Assembly (NCBI GenBank): GCA_020184695.1
Contig: JAANOX010000232.1
Span: forward strand, 1 to 64,000
Length of the DNA stretch: 64,000 bases
Reading direction: 5' to 3'
Source of the DNA: Histomonas meleagridis 2922-C6/04-290x
Taxonomy: Eukaryota > Protista > Parabasalia
Shown here: positions 32,301-42,919 of the stretch, in pieces
How the letters are laid out: each line of letters starts with the position of its first letter
Numbering within the stretch: the first letter of the stretch is position 1
Program-made: the position numbers and the translations under genes
Notes under the pieces: model-generated
Database searches by the model: none
What the model was told of the DNA's origin: nothing
The model's input: the letters and a program-made list of their open reading frames with translations, nothing else

Positions 32301-35300
32301 AATTTTTATTTCCTGTAATAATCTTTAATGTTCCCTTAGCAGTATTTATGAATCCGAAAGAAGAAGAAAGTCGAATAAATGTTTCGATTGCTTCGATATT
32401 TCCTGGGCTTTCTACAAACCATCTTTGTGCAAAATAAAACTCTTTTCCGTATTCAAAAATTCGTTCACATGCTTGACAAAATACTTGTCGTGAAATTTCA
32501 ACTTTAATTCCATTTATCTCTAAAAACTCAAAAAGATTAATTAATGATAATCGTATTCTTTTTGGAACAATATCATCTATAATTGGATTTGCAAATAAGG
32601 CCCAAATTTTTTCAATTTGTTGAGCTTTATTTTGTTTTACTAGTTCTTCAAATACTGATAAAAAAGCAGGATAAAATATTTTTTCGGCAAGTTGATTATT
32701 TTTTTCACAGAAAAAACTGCATAAGGCAATATAATTAGATGGACTATTTGTAATGATTGTTATCATTAGTTTTTGATACCAAATCTTCCAATTATATTTT
32801 GTTTTTATTTGACTTGAATCAAGGACTTTCAATAAATTATCTATATTTATATTTCTTTTAACTTTTTTGTTGACAAATTCATTTGTTTGATTAAAATTTT
32901 TCTTTTCAACAAATGAAAACATATCATATGTTAATGGCGGATTTGTGTTTAATATTTCCGAAAAATTTTCATTTGAAATCAAAATTTCTTTAATTTGATT
33001 GGAATAATAAGAAAATTGCTTTCCAGTACTTATCATTAAAGAATATAAAACTTGTAATGTATATTTTCTTATATTAATATCTTTAATTTGCAAACAATAA
33101 ACAATCGTTTGGATCCCAAATGATATAAAATCATTAAATTCACCTTGTTGAATTAAATATTGTAATGTTTCTAATAATTCAATACGAATAGTTTTATTAA
33201 TATTATTATACATTAAAATTTTACAAATTATTGGAATTACAAGAATATTAAAACGTGAGACGATATTTCGTAATGAAATAATACAATTTCTTATTTTTTT
33301 AATTACTTTTATATTATTAGTTTTAGAATAATCTAATAAAAAATTAGTTAATATAACTAACCATTGATCATAAATCGAGTTTTTCTCATATTTTAAAAAT
33401 GGTGCCAATGCAGAAATTAAACCCAAAACTTTAAAATCATTAGAATTTAATTTTGATTGAACAAGATCGATTAACTTTTGTAAATAACTTTGTGTCCATA
33501 ACTTTGGTGATCTTAAACAAATTAAATTTATAATTTTTATTAGTTTTGAAGAATTCTCTTTTTGAACTTTATCTAAAAGTATATTCATGAAATCATCAAA
33601 ATAATTTTTTCCATATTTAAGATTTTTATCATAAAAAAATTCAGATAATGTTCTTAAAGCTTCAAAATGTAAATGTTTTAATGTGTTATCTGAAACTACA
33701 GACATCAAAGTTTTATATGCATAACCCATATAATAAGAGTTATCATTTTTTTGTAATATTTCTAGTTCATTATATTCATTATCTAAATTAGAAAAAGGTA
33801 AATCAAGAGCACCCAAAAAACCAATTAGTTTTAAAATAACAACATTTAATTTTTTAGAATTATATTTAGACATCAATGTAACTAAAGAAGAAAATAAATG
33901 TTGATAATCAACTCTTGGAATTAAACCTTTATTAGATAATATAATATTTAATATTTTAACAATTGAATATTTTATTTCAACGTTTAATTGTTGATTTAAT
34001 AACCAAACAAAGAAATTTATAAATTGTTGTAAATGAGTTCCCAAAAAATTAATATCTTTTAACGCTATATATTCTATTGTTTTCATTATATATAATGAAA
34101 TGTTTTCGTTATATTTCTGTTCAAAATAATTATTTTTATCATTATTCATTTTACTTGTTGACATTTTCGATAATTGTCGTAATGCAATGTCACAAAATGT
34201 TGGACAATAAATTGGTAAAATCTTTCCAGCTGCTTTAAATAATGTTGGAAATATTTTAATTAGCTCCGATTTGAACATTTCAGAATTTTGTGAATCTAAA
34301 AGATATAAAGAATTTATTAATAAATCTTGAATAATTGGTAAAATATTAAATGGATCAAATTTAGCAATTTTTCCTAACAAAAATATAGCTTTATTTTTAA
34401 TAGTAATTGATGAATCATTAGCTAACATACATAATTTAGAAAAATTCGTTTCTTCTGTTAAATATTTATAACAATTTTTATTAAATGCATCAAGAGATAA
34501 TTCTCTAACATTTATATCAGGATCAGATAAAGCTAAACGAAAAATACTCAGAAATATTTGATTAACATATTGACTATTTTCATATGATATTTGAGCTAAT
34601 AAAGCTGCAGGTACATAAGCTCGAATATTTGGATTTTCATGTGCTAATAAAGCACTTAATTGAGATGTTAAATTTTCCGAATTTAATGATGAACAACGTG
34701 ATAAAAATATTAATAAATATTGATTTTTAAATGTTCTTTCTAATAAATATTTCTTTTCAATAAATATTTGCTTAAAATCATCCCAAAAAAATGAATATTT
34801 TTTAAAAAAATTCGGCATTACTTCATTAAATTCATATGTTATTTCTAATTTTTTTAAAATCGATTTAACTGTTTCCTTTTTATCATTTTCGATGTTATCA
34901 AGATTAAATTTCTTTGAAATCTCTTGTAAAAGAATAAACCCATTCCTCAACGCTGTATGACTTGATTTATTCGATAATAAAATCGATAATATATTTAATA
35001 ACTCATTTAAATCAACGAATTTTTCTGGAAACTTTTTAAATAAAAAAATGAATGATTTCGGTAAAAGCTCATTTAAAACTGGCTCTCCAATACCGTTAAA
35101 TAGTGCTTGTTTTGAATTATCAAAATATTTATTAAGAAAATGTTCTTTATTATATTCTGATAATCGAATTAAATTCGCTAATGATTCGCATCTTAGTTGA
35201 TAATGTCGTAAATTATCATTAAAATATTCCATTAATTTTAAGACTAATTCATTATTTAGTTGATATGAATATTCAAGTAATGATAAAACAATTAAAAATG

Positions 35301-35952
35301 CGCCTCTTTTCTTTTGTAAAAGATTTTTTTCTGTTTCTGTATATAATTTACAGACAATTGAGCGTTGTGAATTTTGAAAATCAAATTTACGAAATACCAA
35401 AACAAGTGTTTCATAACCAACGTTTTGGACTGGAGTATATTGATGATATAAAGCAAGAGAAACAGCATGAATGAATTGGTTAATAGATAAAAATATGGAA
35501 TTAACATAATATTTGGCTAAAAAATATAAAAAGAAAACTTGTTCTAAAGGGTTTTTGGAATTTTGAAATGTCTCAGAACAAGAAATTAATATTTTATCAA
35601 TTGGAGCATTTTGATTTTTAAGAAGCTTAACATAAACAAAAGATATAAAAATTTTAATGTGAATTTCTTTTTTTGGTTGCAAGTTTAATAGAATTTTTTC
35701 ATATTCTTCATATTTTTCATATATTTTCATATACACAAAAATCATAATACTTAGCCTTTCGCACTTTTCTGCTTCTTTGATTATTTTTTTAGGATGAATG
35801 TTTTTAATTTTTTTATCGATTTTTGATTTAATGTAATCATATGATAAATTGGATAACTCTTCGTTTTTTTGCTTTTTTAATTTTTTCGCCTTGAGAACAA
35901 TATCAAAGAATCCTTGAGGTAATTCACTTCCAAATGTTCGCAATGGATTCAT
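26365..35952 (-). CDS. TOR: TOR-like PIKK atypical kinase (HEAT repeats, FAT with large insertion, FRB-like, kinase, FATC)
   Basis: SKQRPR, LLKG..D.RLDQRIMQ, ILGLGDRHPNNLMI, HIDFSDCFE, VPFRLTRMM and C-terminal GWTPLW. First ATG (MNPLRTF) is at 35952; the ORF-track start at 36039 is GTG. Confidence 0.88.
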   Translation of the reverse strand: MNPLRTFGSELPQGFFDIVLKAKKLKKQKNEELSNLSYDYIKSKIDKKIKNIHPKKIIKEAEKCERLSIMIFVYMKIYEKYEEYEKILLNLQPKKEIHIKIFISFVYVKLLKNQNAPIDKILISCSETFQNSKNPLEQVFFLYFLAKYYVNSIFLSINQFIHAVSLALYHQYTPVQNVGYETLVLVFRKFDFQNSQRSIVCKLYTETEKNLLQKKRGAFLIVLSLLEYSYQLNNELVLKLMEYFNDNLRHYQLRCESLANLIRLSEYNKEHFLNKYFDNSKQALFNGIGEPVLNELLPKSFIFLFKKFPEKFVDLNELLNILSILLSNKSSHTALRNGFILLQEISKKFNLDNIENDKKETVKSILKKLEITYEFNEVMPNFFKKYSFFWDDFKQIFIEKKYLLERTFKNQYLLIFLSRCSSLNSENLTSQLSALLAHENPNIRAYVPAALLAQISYENSQYVNQIFLSIFRLALSDPDINVRELSLDAFNKNCYKYLTEETNFSKLCMLANDSSITIKNKAIFLLGKIAKFDPFNILPIIQDLLINSLYLLDSQNSEMFKSELIKIFPTLFKAAGKILPIYCPTFCDIALRQLSKMSTSKMNNDKNNYFEQKYNENISLYIMKTIEYIALKDINFLGTHLQQFINFFVWLLNQQLNVEIKYSIVKILNIILSNKGLIPRVDYQHLFSSLVTLMSKYNSKKLNVVILKLIGFLGALDLPFSNLDNEYNELEILQKNDNSYYMGYAYKTLMSVVSDNTLKHLHFEALRTLSEFFYDKNLKYGKNYFDDFMNILLDKVQKENSSKLIKIINLICLRSPKLWTQSYLQKLIDLVQSKLNSNDFKVLGLISALAPFLKYEKNSIYDQWLVILTNFLLDYSKTNNIKVIKKIRNCIISLRNIVSRFNILVIPIICKILMYNNINKTIRIELLETLQYLIQQGEFNDFISFGIQTIVYCLQIKDINIRKYTLQVLYSLMISTGKQFSYYSNQIKEILISNENFSEILNTNPPLTYDMFSFVEKKNFNQTNEFVNKKVKRNINIDNLLKVLDSSQIKTKYNWKIWYQKLMITIITNSPSNYIALCSFFCEKNNQLAEKIFYPAFLSVFEELVKQNKAQQIEKIWALFANPIIDDIVPKRIRLSLINLFEFLEINGIKVEISRQVFCQACERIFEYGKEFYFAQRWFVESPGNIEAIETFIRLSSSFGFINTAKGTLKIITGNKNLNYENSGEWYKQIGEWQTAIKKFEEQKNEVNKYNFYHKIISCLRHLNKFDEMISQERIDEFNQLPENLKKKTAPLIATAYLYKKENEKFENYLNICPENIKVLTLKAIYQIQQGKFDDVSKTIDKGFDFLAKSSKIILSHDVADRTALYKIFVKAQNLEEISEIKNYMKNPNQQKDILLTWGKKIQNCQKNFSVYYQILSSKLFFDDLKNELLPSILKMLKFSLNQEKFSVFSSTVLYIFGSDKSEWPNEIKFLHFKSLWLQNQKIETIYELKEYLEQNQDTSENFKTYLSEINNVIPLNNYKNMRNDILNKSDYYLYKIKEIKNLSNNFYDNLTNEIRKTLHKIQEGIKADNYDKMIKKLFGIINESKEKNEGKKLILEYCNDIIKEIENSNDAIEDQTEDLIIFENSFMLREKIKLSTEIFHKKHQENLINNYKEMLDNVFEKLGEYSKNNKGEEFVLIYCNNIKNYINIFDEFNDKNLNYKKDEKSKETNITDPTQTIKDMLDKCISIKEFINESENIIKNKINYKTKKECENIKQELMKYLDEQIIYYEKNFQELSTCKKITTKIMKDLNDYINKTKTKIKIIKYENVKNKIIKIMNDIQKELKKNYETTNQDEILENCEKINQDINKLDNDINDNKNKILKICKMINQDINKLDNDINDNKDEILKKCKMIQNEITAMLISYKEKNDRKMKVSDYYEMINHLIFNKLDYYKHINQEEIRKTLYLKMINQLIINKLDFFTQENKFLKEGTNQENEISEYCEMLKELIIKQLNEYIKENQEIEICYYEKIKDEIIQQLNSYIEEKQEKIEKSEYCEMLKELIIKQTNQETDISKYCAKLKEEIIKQTNHYVEDYQEEIINQPNNYVEEFQEELSKQIDSYKPENQEKFKKSKYCIMLKDEIIEELNSYIQKDKGKIQTPYCEMINKVIIQKLDLYKKNQEDSKKLNYYESLKGIIKQTNQETDISKYCAKLKEEIIKQTNHYVEDYQEEIINQPNNYVEEFQEELSKQIDSYKPENQEKFKKSEYCIMLKDKIIEQLNNYVKENQETDISKYCAKLKEEIIQQINCFILENQEELIKQIDSYILENQEKFKNTEEFKTPEDYIMLKAKIIEQLNNYVKENQEKETSKNCEMINQENNIKKKKKINIIVYYEMIKKELIDKLDYYIMENKANEVSDYCTNIKESIIKMERYLQGINHENIISQYCIYSIQEILKLSYYMENINEKCKIKYFCTNLNQKLVTLNEEFNMSNYNLDINNEIIKKLKKYLINTKEIDKKPELKCKMYYTVANWKLENAFTTSRIGQVLKETISLLETSLKTGVHYYKSWHRWAWACSIMYSAAKRSLESPNKPENIEQIVIAHATSAMQGFLKCIEMRPDSCFSDLIQMISIFFSVNLDKDSFDKIKTKLDLLDDTMFLSIIPQLFTQLLVPKTNASEFAVHLIQKLLPQHYHVLLFPLLFEKTPNKVTLAIRNQFKKINNEAMSQAEIISNGLQLCSCSTLEIWYDYISDAINALSKGKEFMKDKFDNAIQKALALEKREDDNRQIKMIRKQLKEIDLKREKMGSNEEIQNSVQTHLKKLHSEISRYLSGINVLFMHSISLDLALLRDSCIAVPGTYDPDSDQPVVEIKFFDPNIEIYHSKQRPRLIVIFGNDGSKHRSLLKGRVDVRLDQRIMQFFGLINQHLSHGFHDESHSVGLKIFRYSINPLSKDCGLIQFVDGADTMYSLISNYRQKKNIPVSQEQEVMQTFFQQKTFSTTSKATIGFNINSLRPIQRNELYLDLIQMIPDIDLREVIWLTSLSSYKWAFRSIRFTQSNALMSIIGYILGLGDRHPNNLMIHRDSGSIIHIDFSDCFEIAKNRVLFTELVPFRLTRMMVRAFGPNGIEGEFRSTCEETLKMVRLHRHSIMAVLEIFLKEPLREVNSKVDEKVIDMNEAMNELMNKIKGSEYETISDQVDDLIVSATDIYNLSYLYQGWTPLW
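28500..31480 (-). repeat. In-frame ~1000-aa degenerate helical-repeat expansion inside the TOR FAT domain
   Basis: Recurring YCxMLKxxIIxQLNxY..ENQE units. ETDISKYCAKLKEEII occurs three times with periods of 255 and 396 nt. A 75-nt tandem CKMINQDINKLDNDINDNK lies near 30285-30430. Confidence 0.85.
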
Positions 35953-36312
35953 AGAGGAAAGGTTAAGTGAAGTGAGTCTTACACGCCTTCTTATTTTTGA
36001 ATACTTTACATTCACGATACGATTTACAACCTGAAACACAAAAACAAAAATACCTCATTAAATCAAGATAGTTCATCGTATTTTAATCTATATTTCTCAT
36101 TACCAAACCATTTAATTAATATTCAAAAAAAGTAAATTTCAAAAACTTATTTCCAAAATTGATTTTATTCGTTAAACTAAAAAATAAAAAAAAGAACTTG
36201 ACCACGCAAAATTTTGGTACACAAATTTACAATTGTTTATTTTGCAATTACAATCGTTAAGAATACGTTTATAAAATTTAACGTTTGCATCTCCAAACCC
36301 AAAAATTCTTTT

Positions 36313-37233
36313 ATGAAACCTAGTTCTGATAACTTGCTGGGTGCGGAATTCATGGATAACAATTCCATCCTCACTTTTACAGAACGTCAAATTTATTACA
36401 CAGAAATCCAACCAACAAGAATTTTGGGAAAAATCACAGGAGGACCTTTCGTTCTTGCTACCACTTCTAAACATTTTATATTTGCTGTTGTTCAAACCGA
36501 AACAGCACCATTTATGGATAACTTTGTTCTTGTATATCAACTTGGAAGTGGAGTTTTTTTAAATTCACTTGAGTTTAATTCCCGTATTCTAAAATTACTT
36601 TGTCAACAAAATCTTCTTTATGTATCTCTTCCTAACACAATTGAAGTGATTAACACTGGAAATTTTCATCGAATTGCAACCATTGAAAGGATTAATCAAA
36701 ATGGCATGATCTCTGCAACAAATAAATTTCTTTGTTATCCAGACGATTCTATTCCAGGTACTATTACAATTCTTTCTGTACCTGGATATTCCACAATAAA
36801 ACAAATATCATGTCATCAAGATCCAATTATTACTTTTTCGTTGTCAGATGATAGTTCATTCTTAACCACAGCCAGTAAGAAAGGAACAATCATACGTAAA
36901 TTTGATATAAAAACTGGTAAAAAGATTATCGAAATGCGAAGAGGATTTCGTAACTCGACAGTTACATCTGTTTTCTCTGACGAAAACTATACAATTGCTT
37001 GTAGTCCAACTACGTTGCATATATTTATAAACGAGCAACATATAACAGTTCCATTAACATCACATCCATTGGATTGCAGAGTAATTGATGACACAATTGC
37101 ATTAGTAACAAATGATTCATTGCTTTCGTTCTTTAAAGTCGATTTATCAACAAATACTGCCCAATTAATTACACAGAAAAAATTGATTTTTGCTGCTCCA
37201 AGGCGATTTAAACAAAAAAGAATATCAATTTAA
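36313..37233 (+). CDS. ATG18: PROPPIN/ATG18-WIPI family WD40 protein
   Basis: CHQDPI..SLS.DSSFLTTASKKGTIIRKF...IEMRRG corresponds to the (A)H..TAS.KGT.IR.F..(F/L)RRG signature. The start could be 36313 or 36352. Confidence 0.8.
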   Translation: MKPSSDNLLGAEFMDNNSILTFTERQIYYTEIQPTRILGKITGGPFVLATTSKHFIFAVVQTETAPFMDNFVLVYQLGSGVFLNSLEFNSRILKLLCQQNLLYVSLPNTIEVINTGNFHRIATIERINQNGMISATNKFLCYPDDSIPGTITILSVPGYSTIKQISCHQDPIITFSLSDDSSFLTTASKKGTIIRKFDIKTGKKIIEMRRGFRNSTVTSVFSDENYTIACSPTTLHIFINEQHITVPLTSHPLDCRVIDDTIALVTNDSLLSFFKVDLSTNTAQLITQKKLIFAAPRRFKQKRISI

Positions 37234-37326
37234 TAAATTGTTTCTAATTTAATTGATGTGTTTTTTTTTCTGTCTGAACAAAATTTTGTGATGTGACGTG
37301 ACATAAATTTAAACGTACAAAAGAAA

Positions 37327-38136
37327 ATGTTTTCAGGAAATTTATCTACAAAGTTTTTATTAATTTTCGGTTTCATAATATTTCCAATTTTGATCAATAT
37401 TTCATACATATTCTTTATTGCATTTGGTTGGAATTCAAACTTAACAATTTGTATTATTGTAATAATTTGGTATTATATTTGCGGACTCGTATCATATGTT
37501 GCTTTCAGAATGAGTACAGGAATTTGGCAAACATACTCGGAAAGTGGTTTCGGTGGGATTTTTCTGAATTTATTGATTGTGATTTTTTATCCAATTTATT
37601 TCTTAATAATGGTTCCTTTTACTGTATATCATGTATATAAATGTATGGGATCACCAAGAAGAGTATGGCAAAGAATATTTGAACATTCATTTATGAATCT
37701 TGAAAGTCTTCATTTAGGTGATTCTACTTATTGTACACTCATTGGGAGGTATGTTTACATTGGAATTCCATTTGCTTTATTTGCATTAATATATCTTATT
37801 CTTGTTTTTATTTTCTTCCCAATTTACTATGTGTTTTTTTCACCCTTTGGTTTAGGGCCAGTTGGAGTTACGATATTTCATTCGCTGCCAAAGCACTCAG
37901 ATTTCAGTGAATATTTTCAAGAGTTCATTCAAAACTCATTATTTTCTTCTCTGGTTATATATGTTTTTATTTACGGTTTTGGAGGAGTTTTATATGCAGT
38001 AATTTATCTTGTCGTCGTTACTACTGTTCAATGGCAAATGATGCTTTTGTTTGTTCTATGCATACTTTATATCATTCTATTTATTGTTCCTGTTTTAACG
38101 AAGCTTTGCTGCAGATCTGCAAAGCAATATGTATAG
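37327..38136 (+). CDS. Polytopic membrane protein of unknown family
   Basis: 269-aa ORF with about six hydrophobic segments. Confidence 0.6.
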   Translation: MFSGNLSTKFLLIFGFIIFPILINISYIFFIAFGWNSNLTICIIVIIWYYICGLVSYVAFRMSTGIWQTYSESGFGGIFLNLLIVIFYPIYFLIMVPFTVYHVYKCMGSPRRVWQRIFEHSFMNLESLHLGDSTYCTLIGRYVYIGIPFALFALIYLILVFIFFPIYYVFFSPFGLGPVGVTIFHSLPKHSDFSEYFQEFIQNSLFSSLVIYVFIYGFGGVLYAVIYLVVVTTVQWQMMLLFVLCILYIILFIVPVLTKLCCRSAKQYV

Positions 38137-38355
38137 CCAATGTCAACATTATTTATTTCGTTATGTTATAATAAAAATAGATTTATATACATATTTCTTT
38201 CTGTTTAAATTTCTTTTCGAAAAAAATAACATTTTGTTGTAAACACCGAAATCGCTCATCATTCTTTGTTTTACTATTAACTCCAAATAATGGGAAAGTA
38301 TCAAATAAAGTCCCTCTCACCTCATGTTTTTATTATTTTCTTATGTTTTTTCTTA

Positions 38356-38876
38356 TTATTTTTTTAACATTTTTTTCCTTATTTTCAATTTAACTGTTAA
38401 TGACGCGAAAATTCCTTCTTCATATGTGAGCACAGCTCTGAATCCCATCAGAGAGCATAACAGTCGCTCGAAGTTCTTTTTCTTCGCATTTAATTTCAGG
38501 AAATTACCTCCTTCATTTTATCAAATTTCCGAAATACATCATCTGGATTTATGTTTGGAGAATTAAGTCTACACTCTACACAAACCATTTTCATTCTTTT
38601 CCAAAATTCAGTTACATCTGGATTCTCTTTGTTATCTGTTCTTCTTTGTTCACCTAATTGTTTGGAGTTATCATGAAAAACAACGAGTTCACAATCATCA
38701 TCAAATGGTCTTATATCTGTTTTTAAAGAAACCTTACCGTTACCTTTAAACTTCGGTCCATTTTCATCAAAGAATTCCGAATAAGGTTGACCAACTACTT
38801 GATCGATAGTATGATCCAAATATTTAACAATTTCTTGGTTAGCTAGATACAATAATACTATCAGAACCTCGAACAA
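38356..38876 (-). pseudogene. Frameshifted hypothetical gene lacking an ATG, ~95 bp from the MITE
   Basis: ORF 38496-38876 starts at TTG. A second open frame GGNFLKLNAKKK..KMLKK-stop continues to 38356. Confidence 0.4.
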
Positions 38877-38970
38877 AAAAGGAATTGGGAGGTCACCTTT
38901 GATTCCATTAAACTTCTAACAGTATAAAATACTTGTATAACAATAAATCAATTTTGATAATGGATTTTTG

Positions 38971-39030
38971 TAAGGATCTCTTCACCAAAAAAATTTAAAA
39001 ATCGGTCGGGAACTCGGGGAAATCATGCAA

Positions 39031-39097
<67 letters not shown>

Positions 39098-39242
39098 AGG
39101 CATGTGATTTTTTTTGGAAACTATCATGAAACTCGAAGTGAATTAAAAATTTTTTTCATTCTATTTAAAACATTCCCGGGAAGAAAAATTAAAGTTCGGG
39201 AGGGAAATTTTCCTACTAGTGATTTTCGGGAAGAGATCCTTA
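38971..39242. mobile_element. 272-bp MITE (hAT-like) with terminal inverted repeats and 8-bp target-site duplication
   Basis: Left end TAAGGATCTCTTC (38971-38983); right end GAAGAGATCCTTA (39230-39242). GATTTTTG flanks both sides (38963-38970 and 39243-39250). Confidence 0.88.
39034..39090. repeat. (TA)28 microsatellite inside the MITE
   Basis: Uninterrupted TA run. Confidence 0.95.
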
Positions 39243-39348
39243 GATTTTTGTGTCTGATTTATCGAGTTTGAGACAATCCACAGTTTAATTCTCACTATAA
39301 CAAAAAATTAATTTATAAAAATATTTATATACTTTATCATTTCTTCTG

Positions 39349-40620
39349 CTATAGTTTTCCAATCAAGCTGAGTGCAGCAGAATGTTTTTCTTTTAGAATT
39401 TTATTTTTTTTTTCTTTTTCATTCTTCAGTTGCATTTCCAGAATTTCGACTTTTCTGTTCAGTTCTTCATTTTCTTTTAATGTTATTTCTGTTTTCTGTT
39501 GGAATTTCTCATTTAAATTTAATGCATCGATTACAATTTTTCGATTCTTTTCATATTTTGCTTTTAGTTGTTGAATTTTTTGTTTATCATTTGAATGTTT
39601 TGAGTTTTTAAGTGTTTCAATTTGTTGTTGAAGTTCATATATTTGTTTAGATTTGGAAGAATTATCTCTAAGTAACGATTGTATCATTGTTTCTTGTGTT
39701 GGTGCAGTTGAAAGTGTTCAACTTTATTTTTTAATGTTTCATTTTCGTTTCCAATTATTTCGCTTTGTTGCATGTTAAATTTTTAATTATTACTTTTTGT
39801 TCATTATATTTATCAACAATTAAACGAAATTGATTTAAATCATTTTGTTGATTTTTAATTATTTGATTTAAATGTTTAATTTCTTCTATTTGAAGAATTT
39901 TTTCGTTTTTCGTTTTGTTATTATTTTGTGGTTGTTTATTAGATTTAATCCATTTACGTAGTTCAATGATTTCAATGTTTTGTTTCTTGTTTTCTTTTTT
40001 TAGTACATTAATCAATTTTTGTTGTAGATTTATTTTGGTTTCATTTCTTTAATTTGATTTTGTAATTTCGTGATTTCGTTTTCATCAGAAATTTGTTCTT
40101 TTTCTGCTTTATCATAACTTTCGATTTGTTTCTTCAATGATAAAATTATTTTTCCTTCTTTGATGATTTTATTGTTTAAATGTTCCTCTGTTTTATCTTT
40201 TTCGGTTAATATCTTTTTAAGATTTGAAATATGGATTTGATTATTATTAACTTCTTCTTTTTCTTTTTCAATTGTTTGAATTTTGTTTTATTTTTCTTTT
40301 TCAAGTTTGATTATGTTGTTTTCGAATTTTTGAGTTATTTCTTTGATTTCATTTTGCGATTCTGTTTTCTGTTTGTTGAGTAATTCTTCGAGTCTTTTGA
40401 TTTCTTCTTCTTTTTCATTAATTATTTGGCCAACATTTTCGACTATTAAATTTAATTCATTTTGAAGTTTATCAGATTTTGTTTTGTTATTGTTTTGTAA
40501 TTTTTCTAGTTTATTTGTATAATAATAAACTTTTTCATTCTGCATTTTGTATTTTTCTAATTTCAGCTTCTTTTTCTTTTTGAATTTTGATATTTCTTTT
40601 TCATTTCAGACTTACGATAG
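39349..40620 (-). pseudogene. Fragmented coiled-coil protein gene
   Basis: Consecutive same-strand E/K/Q/N-rich ORFs 40288-40545, 39755-40015 and 39349-39687 separated by frameshifts or stops. Confidence 0.6.
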
Positions 40621-41221
40621 TTTTTTCTGTGGAGAACAGTTTCTTGGTATTTAAATTGCCTATCGTTTGTTCGAAGATTTTACATTCAGTAAAAAATTTT
40701 TATTCTATGATCATATAAAATTATTTGAAAGAAAAAAAGCCTCAAAATCTTCTATGAAGCTTGCAAAAAACGTTTAGCACTTGATTTTGAAGTTGTTGTA
40801 AATCAATTTCAAAAATACTAAAATAATATATAATTAGCAAATTAATATCATAAAAATAATCAAAATCATATGTTTGATAAAAAAATTCGAATCTATGAAA
40901 TTCAAAAATATTATATATGTAAATAATGCTTTTTATATATACTTTTATGAATAAAATAATAAAATCATAAATTTTACTTGATGGGAGTAATGTTGGAAAT
41001 TAAGTGTTATCAAAAATTTACAGACATATGAAGGAACGGTATACTCTATAATAATTTATAATGACCAAAAAATCCAAAAAATTCTATTATTAAAATCACA
41101 ACTAAAATATATATAATAATTTTTTATTCTCTAAGCATATCAATACATTTTTGAGTTATTTGAAATATTTGTATTATCTTTATTTGTTCATAAATTTTCT
41201 CTTGCACTTTAATCATTTGTG

Positions 41222-42610
41222 TTATTTCCTTTTAACCATCAAAGGCTTTGGGAAATATAAATCCAAAAAGTCACTTATTTTCGATTTCATATCAGGTTCC
41301 GCCATAAATGTTATTGAGTTTATCAATTCGAAGACGTCATCTTTTAATGAATTCACAAAATCTTCGTAAATTTGTTTGAATTGTAACCAATTTCCTTTCA
41401 TTGCTCTTTCCCAAAAGTCATCAATTTTCGGAAGTATGTTTTGACAATTTGGGTTTAATTGTAAATCTTTATAAAACCTCAAAGATAACTTTGCAATTTT
41501 TTTATTATGTTCGATGAAGATATTTCGATCATTAATTTTTCTTGAAAGTAAAATCTCAAGAAGAAGAGAAACATCTTCAGTTTCGACTTTATCGAACATA
41601 AAATCATATTTTATAAGGTTTGTTAACAAGAAATTTATATTAATTTGAGTGAAACGTATTAATATCATTAACGAAGTTAAAGAATGATAAATTAAACGTT
41701 CGTCATTATTAAAAGAATTAATATTTCTATATAAAAGTTGCGTAACGCTTTTTATTTGCATTTGACATGGTGGGAAGAAATAAAACCGAATTCTATTTTG
41801 GCTCTTTAAGTATTGAATTTTTTGTTTATTATTAAAGTTATATGGAGAATGTGAATAAGAATAAGAAATGAGTATAAGTAAATAAGCGATTATTGGTATG
41901 TTATTATTATCATCAAGATTTATATTCGTTAAAACATAATCAAAGAAATCATAATTTAAAATTCTAATTAAAGGAATTTGGAAATTAATATAAAGAATCA
42001 ATTTCGCAATCAATTCAACAATTTTATACATTTTTACATTCATTTGATAATGAAAAAGTGATATATATAAAGGTTATAATCCACTGTTTGAACAATACAA
42101 ACTTTTTGGTATTTTTCGTCTTCATTACGCTTCCCCCAATCATATAGATGTGAAATTTTAAGAATCGATGAAGAAAATTTGTATGAAGTAGGCATCATGT
42201 GTGCGCCACCAGGCATGATTTGCCAACGAAATAATGTCTTATCACTTACAGTGTATAAAAATTCGTATGAGGATTTGATTATATTTACATCTGTTTGAAT
42301 AAGTTCTGAGTTAGAAAACAGTGGACTGCCATCACCGGTGTTCGAGAAGAGGTGAACTTTTCCTGAAAATGATAACGTAGCAAAATAAAATGTTTCTATG
42401 TTTGGTCTACATGTTTTCCCCGAAGTTACAGATACTATTTCATCGCCTTCTAAGTCTACTGGATGTTCAAGTTGTTGTATGCTGATAGTGACATATTATC
42501 TTTGTAAAGTTAATTAGTAATAAGTTCATTACAATGCCAAACAGAAGATTTGTTCTACTGGCATAATGAAATTATACCCTTGGCCTTCATTCGGGAAATT
42601 GGCCGGTATT
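41222..42610 (-). pseudogene. Disrupted hypothetical gene (beta-rich N-terminal part, helical C-terminal ORF 41222-42043)
   Basis: An open stretch of ~150 codons without a start (IQQLEHPVDLEGDEIV..YHFFIIK*) at about 42040-42490 overlaps the start of the 273-aa ORF in another frame. Confidence 0.45.
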
Positions 42611-42919
42611 ATGAGTAAAATAATTTTTTTTTACATTAATGTTGCTATGAATTTTAATTACTTTGTATTTTGTAGATAATTTCACTAAATTTTGTTTTTA
42701 ATCAAATAAAAAAATCTATAATGAATCAAAAATTTTATTATTGACGCTTTTTAAGAATATATTCCAATAAAATCATTTCATAATATATATTAATATTGTT
42801 TTATTTGTAAAGAGTATTGCTACATTACAATTTTGCACCTTTTTCGTGAAGCATGTTAAATATTTTTTTAAAACATTTTGAATGTACTAACATTTGCTCT
42901 ACACGCGAAAGTATTGTTT

